Virus record (IMG/VR): IMGVR_UViG_2671180458_000005
Length of the DNA: 40,062 nucleotides
Source: a virus
Lineage: Duplodnaviria; Heunggongvirae; Uroviricota; Caudoviricetes
Strand: one strand, 5' to 3'
In this document: positions 36,357 to 40,062 of the stretch, piece after piece
Position numbering within the stretch: the stretch's first letter is position 1
Layout of the letters: each line of letters starts with the position of its first letter
Position numbers and translations under genes: made by a program
Notes under the pieces: generated by a model
Database searches by the model: none
The model's input: the letters and a program-made list of their open reading frames with translations, nothing else
Told to the model about the DNA's origin: nothing

Positions 36357-37415
36357 ATGCTTAACACTGTAAAAATATCCAGTTGTGAGTTAATCAACGC
36401 CGACTGCCTGGAATTTATCCGGTCGTTACCCGAAAATTCTGTTGACCTGATAGTCACGGATCCGCCGTACTTTAAAGTGAAGCCTGAGGGCTGGGATAAC
36501 CAGTGGAAGGGCGACGATGATTACCTGAAGTGGCTGGACCAGTGTCTGGCGCAGTTCTGGCGGGTGCTGAAACCTGCCGGAAGTCTTTACCTGTTCTGTG
36601 GCCATCGCCTGGCATCTGATATCGAAATCATGATGCGTGAACGCTTCAGTGTGCTGAACCATATTATCTGGGCAAAGCCGTCCGGACGCTGGAACGGGTG
36701 CAACAAGGAAAGCCTGAGGGCGTATTTCCCCGCCACAGAGCGCATTCTGTTCGCGGAACATTATCAGGGGCCGTATCGTCCGAAAGATGCCGGGTATGAG
36801 GCGAAGGGCAGGGCACTGAAACAGCATGTGATGGCTCCGCTGATTGCTTACTTTCGTGATGCGCGTGCTGCCCTGGGGATAACGGCAAAACAGATAGTGG
36901 ATGCCACAGGAAAGAAAAACATGGTGTCGCACTGGTTCAGTGCCAGTCAGTGGCAACTGCCGAACGAAAGTGATTATCTGAAATTACAGGCGCTGTTTGC
37001 CCGGGTGGCAGAAGAGAAGCATCAGCGGGGTGAACTGGAGAAGCCCCACCACCAGCTGCTGGAGACGTATACTTCACTGAACCGGCAGTATGCGGAACTG
37101 CAGAGTGAATATAAGCATCTGCGGCGGTATTTTGGCGTGACGGCGCAGGTGCCGTACACCGATGTGTGGACGCATAAACCGGTGCAGTACTATCCCGGGA
37201 AACATCCGTGCGAAAAACCGGCAGAAATGCTGCAGCAGATAATCAGCGCGAGCAGTCGTCCGGGGGACCTGGTTGCAGATTTTTTCATGGGGTCGGGTTC
37301 GACAGTCAAAGCCGCGATGGCACTGGGGCGTCGTGCAACTGGTGTTGAGCTGGAGACTGAACGTTTTGAGCAGACGGTCAGGGAAGTTCAGGATTTAGCC
37401 AGTCAGAACGGATGA
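36357..37415 (+). CDS. DNA methyltransferase (N6-adenine/N4-cytosine type, no cognate endonuclease seen)
   Basis: 352 aa; motif IV LIVTDPPY near N-terminus and motif I FMGSGST near C-terminus. Confidence 0.85.
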   Translation: MLNTVKISSCELINADCLEFIRSLPENSVDLIVTDPPYFKVKPEGWDNQWKGDDDYLKWLDQCLAQFWRVLKPAGSLYLFCGHRLASDIEIMMRERFSVLNHIIWAKPSGRWNGCNKESLRAYFPATERILFAEHYQGPYRPKDAGYEAKGRALKQHVMAPLIAYFRDARAALGITAKQIVDATGKKNMVSHWFSASQWQLPNESDYLKLQALFARVAEEKHQRGELEKPHHQLLETYTSLNRQYAELQSEYKHLRRYFGVTAQVPYTDVWTHKPVQYYPGKHPCEKPAEMLQQIISASSRPGDLVADFFMGSGSTVKAAMALGRRATGVELETERFEQTVREVQDLASQNG

Positions 37416-37455
37416 TATTGCAGGATTAGTTACGTACCGTTATTATCCTGCACTC

Positions 37456-37531
37456 GGCCCTTTAGCTCAGTGGTGAGAGCGAGCGACTCATAATCGCCAG
37501 GTCGCTGGTTCAAATCCAGCAAGGGCCACCA
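37456..37531 (+). tRNA. tRNA with CAU anticodon (Ile2-lysidine type or Met), ileZ-like
   Basis: 76 nt; acceptor GGCCCTT/AAGGGCC; anticodon loop CTCATAA; T-loop GGTTCAAATCC; ends CCA. Confidence 0.8.
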
Positions 37532-37540
37532 TATCACATA

Positions 37541-37617
37541 CCGCCATTAGCTCATCGGGATAGAGCGTCAGCCTTCGAAGCTGGTTGCGCGGGGTTCGAG
37601 TCCTCGATGGCGGTCCA
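37541..37617 (+). tRNA. tRNA-Arg (anticodon UCG), argN-like
   Basis: 77 nt; acceptor CCGCCAT/ATGGCGG; anticodon loop CTTCGAA; GGTTCGAGTCC T-arm; ends CCA. Confidence 0.7.
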
Positions 37618-37630
37618 TTATCGGTATTCA

Positions 37631-37707
37631 GCGTTGTTAGCTCAGCCGGACAGAGCAATTGCCTTCTAAGCAATCGGTCACTGGTTCGAATCCAGTACAA
37701 CGCGCCA
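37631..37707 (+). tRNA. tRNA-Arg (anticodon UCU), argO-like
   Basis: 77 nt; acceptor GCGTTGT/ACAACGC; anticodon loop CTTCTAA; GGTTCGAATCC T-arm; ends CCA. Confidence 0.8.
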
Positions 37708-37721
37708 TATTTATTTACCAG

Positions 37722-37746
37722 GCTCGCTTTTGCGGGCCTTTTTTGT
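37722..37746 (+). terminator. Possible terminator after tRNA cluster
   Basis: GGCTCGC-TTTT-GCGGGCC imperfect hairpin followed by TTTTTT. Confidence 0.45.
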
Positions 37747-37876
37747 ATCCGCGCCACGCCCGGCGCATATCAACCACAGAGCCTTTCGGGGGTGAGCTTA
37801 CGGAGTGGTCAGTGTGACTTTCTCTGTGGGCAGATCGCTCCCGGGCGTTGGCTCACCCACCTAAAGGAACGTCACG

Positions 37877-38308
37877 ATGTTTGGTATTTTCAAAAAGAAA
37901 ACCCGCAGAGCAGCAGCGGAAATTAAAAAGTTTGAGAAACGTGATCTGGCACAGGCGGTTATTAATGCTGCCTACCTGGTAGCCTATGCAGATGGTGAAT
38001 GTGAGGCTTCAGAGAAAGCGAAGATCGAGCAGGTCTTGCGTAACCAGCCAGCGTTGTCCGCGTTTACGTCAGAAATTAATGCTATCAGTGCCACGATCAC
38101 AGGTCAGCTTGACACCAACTTTAAAATTGGTCGTCGAGCGGCGTTGCGTGAAATTGAAGATGTGAAACACGATACGCGTGAAGCGGAAGATGTGCTGGAT
38201 GTGGCGGTGGCCATTGCTGAAGCAGATGGTGAAATTGAGCCGGAAGAGCGTAAGGTTCTGGAAGAGATTGCTGGTGTTCTTGGCCTGCGACTGGAGAACC
38301 ACCTGTGA
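37877..38308 (+). CDS. TerB-like domain protein
   Basis: 143 aa; two AxADGE motifs (AYADGECEASEKAKI and AEADGEIEPEERKVLEEI) typical of TerB fold; AAAGGA RBS. Confidence 0.6.
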   Translation: MFGIFKKKTRRAAAEIKKFEKRDLAQAVINAAYLVAYADGECEASEKAKIEQVLRNQPALSAFTSEINAISATITGQLDTNFKIGRRAALREIEDVKHDTREAEDVLDVAVAIAEADGEIEPEERKVLEEIAGVLGLRLENHL

Positions 38309-38469
38309 CGGTAAAACTGCGTCTGGCCGCTGTGGCACTCCTGCTGTTTCTGGTGGTGATGGTGGATTTCACCAGCAGGATCATGTCGGTGCTGGCGGAT
38401 GGAGTGCTGGTGGTCGGTATTGTGGTGGTGCTTTTTCCTTTGGTGAAAAAGGACATGCCAGGTAGTTAG
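38305..38469 (+). CDS. Small hydrophobic membrane protein, translationally coupled to TerB-like gene
   Basis: 54 aa VTVKLRLAAVALLLFLVVMVDFTSRIMSVLADGVLVVGIVVVLFPLVKKDMPGS; GTGA overlap; not in ORF track. Confidence 0.45.
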   Translation: MTVKLRLAAVALLLFLVVMVDFTSRIMSVLADGVLVVGIVVVLFPLVKKDMPGS

Positions 38470-38717
38470 CCGGGTATCAGTCATGCCCCGAAAATTTTAA
38501 ATGTCTCACAATTCAGACGGTTGACAGTTGTCTGTTTTGCGGGGAGTTTGTTAAAAGAAACAGGCATGGTGAATCCCCCTGAGCGGAGGGGCGACTGGTG
38601 CATTAGGTGTTATCTTTGATACCCAGGAAAGTAAACGCGCGGGTTTGGTGGCACCGGGCTGAACTCACCGGGAGGCACCCGGCATCATGCGCATGATGAT
38701 ACAGATACGCGGCTTTA

Positions 38718-38741
38718 GCCCCTCTCCGGAGGGGCTTTTAT
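38718..38741 (+). terminator. Rho-independent terminator
   Basis: GCCCCTC-TCCG-GAGGGGC followed by TTTTATAT. Confidence 0.6.
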
Positions 38742-38770
38742 ATGAATTTTGTAAGATATGAGTAAACTAA

Positions 38771-39106
38771 TTATGGACACTGTTGTTTTAGTCCGTAAGG
38801 GCATATTTGCAGAATGCAATGATTATTAAAGCATTCTTTCAATACGTTATCTGAATTTGCAGGACATTCCTGGCTGTTTTTGATTAAATCCCAGAATCTT
38901 TTATTGAATGGTACAACGTTGTAAATGGTTACAGGTAGCACTTTGTTATTAAGTACGATACCTGTGTGAGTCAACGTAAATATACTTTCAGGAGGTAAGA
39001 AAACATCCGATTGATACCAGATTATTAATTTTATTTTACTCCATATGGCTGAAAAAGATATTCCGCATGATGGCTGGATAACTGTATCAATCACAATCCA
39101 CTTCAT
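38771..39106 (-). CDS. Hypothetical Cys-containing protein in low-GC island
   Basis: 111 aa; strong SD TAAGGAGG 7 nt upstream on minus strand; AT-rich surroundings. Confidence 0.55.
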   Translation of the reverse strand: MKWIVIDTVIQPSCGISFSAIWSKIKLIIWYQSDVFLPPESIFTLTHTGIVLNNKVLPVTIYNVVPFNKRFWDLIKNSQECPANSDNVLKECFNNHCILQICPYGLKQQCP

Positions 39107-39367
39107 TTAGCCTCCTTATTTATGCTGTGCTGGTGATGTTCTGAAAAGTATAAATGATAATTTTGAATGTAAACCATAGAGCAGAATTATTTTTCTGATG
39201 TTGTTTATTGTTTATTTAAATACAGGTTTTTATATCCCGTCTTGTAGTTTATCCATGCATACCTGCTTTATGATGAGGTTTTCATTTAAGGTATGGTTTT
39301 GTGTTTTTTTTTTCTGTATTTCATGTCAGGTATTTTAAAGAATTGTTTTTAATATGGTGGAAAGAAC

Positions 39368-40062
39368 CATGGCATTTAAACACTATGACGTGGTCAGGGC
39401 GGCGTCGCCGTCAGACCTTGCGGAGCGACTGACTCAAAAACTGAAGGAGGGGTGGCAGCCATTTGGCAGCCCTGTCGCCATCACGCCTTATACCCTGATG
39501 CAGGCCATTGCGGCGGAAGGTGATGTCACCACACCTGTGGTGGTGAAGCCGTCGGATGGAGAAGGCACAGTAATCAGCGCCACCAGTGACCCGGAGTATT
39601 ACTTTGTTGTGGTTCTGGCAGGGCAGTCAAACGGCATGTCGTATGGTGAAGGCCTTCCGCTGCCGGAGACATATGACCGTCCGGACCCGCGTATTAAGCA
39701 GCTGGCGCGCCGCAGTACGGTGACACCGGGCGGTGCCGCCTGTAAGTATAACGACATTATTCCGGCGGACCATTGTCTGCATGATGTGCAGGACATGAGC
39801 CGTCTTAACCATCCGAAAGCGGACCTGTCAAAGGGGCAGTACGGAACCGTGGGGCAGGGGCTGCATATCGCCAAAAAACTGCTGCCGTTTATACCGGCGA
39901 ATGCGGGTATTTTGCTGGTTCCGTGCTGCCGTGGTGCTTCGGCATTCACAACGGGTGCAGACGGCACATACAGCGAATCAGCCGGTGCATCGGAAAATTC
40001 ACTGCGCTGGGGTGTGGGTAAGCCGCTGTATCAGAATTTGGTGAGCCGGACTAAAGCCGCAC
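39368..40062 (+). CDS. NanS-p-like sialate O-acetylesterase (DUF1737 N-terminus), 5-prime part; continues beyond window
   Basis: N-terminus MAFKHYDVVRAASPSDLAERLTQKLKEGWQPFGSPV and following SGNH-like region (VVLAGQSNG) resemble Stx-phage nanS-p genes as recalled; no stop before window end. Confidence 0.65.

Noticed and set aside
36426-36956. 176-aa minus-strand ORF
   Set aside because: Antisense within the methyltransferase gene, which carries clear catalytic motifs.
38104-38484. Minus-strand ORFs of 89-126 aa and plus-strand 95-aa ORF (38178..38465)
   Set aside because: Overlap the TerB-like gene and coupled membrane ORF in other frames; His/Ser/Thr-rich composition; no RBS.
37416-39367. 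Search for stxA/stxB toxin genes after the tRNA cluster
   Set aside because: No A-subunit-sized ORF with signal peptide followed by a ~90-aa B subunit is present; the slot holds other genes.
1-40062. CRISPR arrays, IS elements/transposases, integrons
   Set aside because: No regularly spaced direct repeats with unique spacers and no transposase-like ORFs or terminal inverted repeats were seen by eye; the only repeat families found are operator palindromes, origin iterons, the I-J 25-mer and coding repeats.

Overview
This window reads as a lambdoid siphovirus genome in virion/vegetative gene order, not as a host-flanked prophage end: the attachment site is internal, between the tail genes and int. 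All calls rest on reading the six-frame translations and the DNA by eye; no database search was run, so family names are recalled resemblances and coordinates of small features are approximate. Layout: (1) 1-17.4 kb late morphogenesis: head-tail connector genes, major tail protein, G/G-T chaperone pair with a slippery heptamer, tape measure, then lambda-like M, L, K, I, J, side tail fiber and tail fiber assembly genes. Three insertions interrupt this operon: an OmpC-family porin between M and L, an expanded I-J spacer with a duplicated 25-nt box, and a Hok-family toxin between J and stf. (2) 17.4-20.6 kb b-region cargo: a YadA-anchor trimeric autotransporter (Eib-like) and a LuxR-type regulator. 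(3) attP core (3-prime fragment of a serU-like tRNA-Ser), int, xis. (4) Leftward early operon: large exonuclease, YdfD-like, DicB-like, Rha-family protein, DicF-like sRNA. (5) Immunity region: repressor co-oriented with a PaaA2/ParE-like toxin-antitoxin pair, flanked by two near-identical operator palindromes, and divergent YdaS/YdaT-like genes. (6) Replication: O-like gene with eleven internal GTCAC iterons, P-like gene. (7) nin-like region: DUF4406-like protein, a cassette of two small acidic ORFs bounded by a 23-bp direct repeat, a second ParD/ParE pair, YdfU-like protein, RusA. (8) Q antiterminator, late promoter/terminator, wHTH protein plus orphan DNA methyltransferase, three tRNAs, and a stx-locus-equivalent slot that lacks stx and instead carries a TerB-like/small membrane protein pair and a low-GC ORF, followed by the start of a nanS-p-like esterase. 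No CRISPR array, IS element or large canonical defence operon was seen. The candidates for undescribed function are small modules: the acidic-ORF cassette, the TerB-like pair, the I-J spacer element and the immunity-region toxin-antitoxin.
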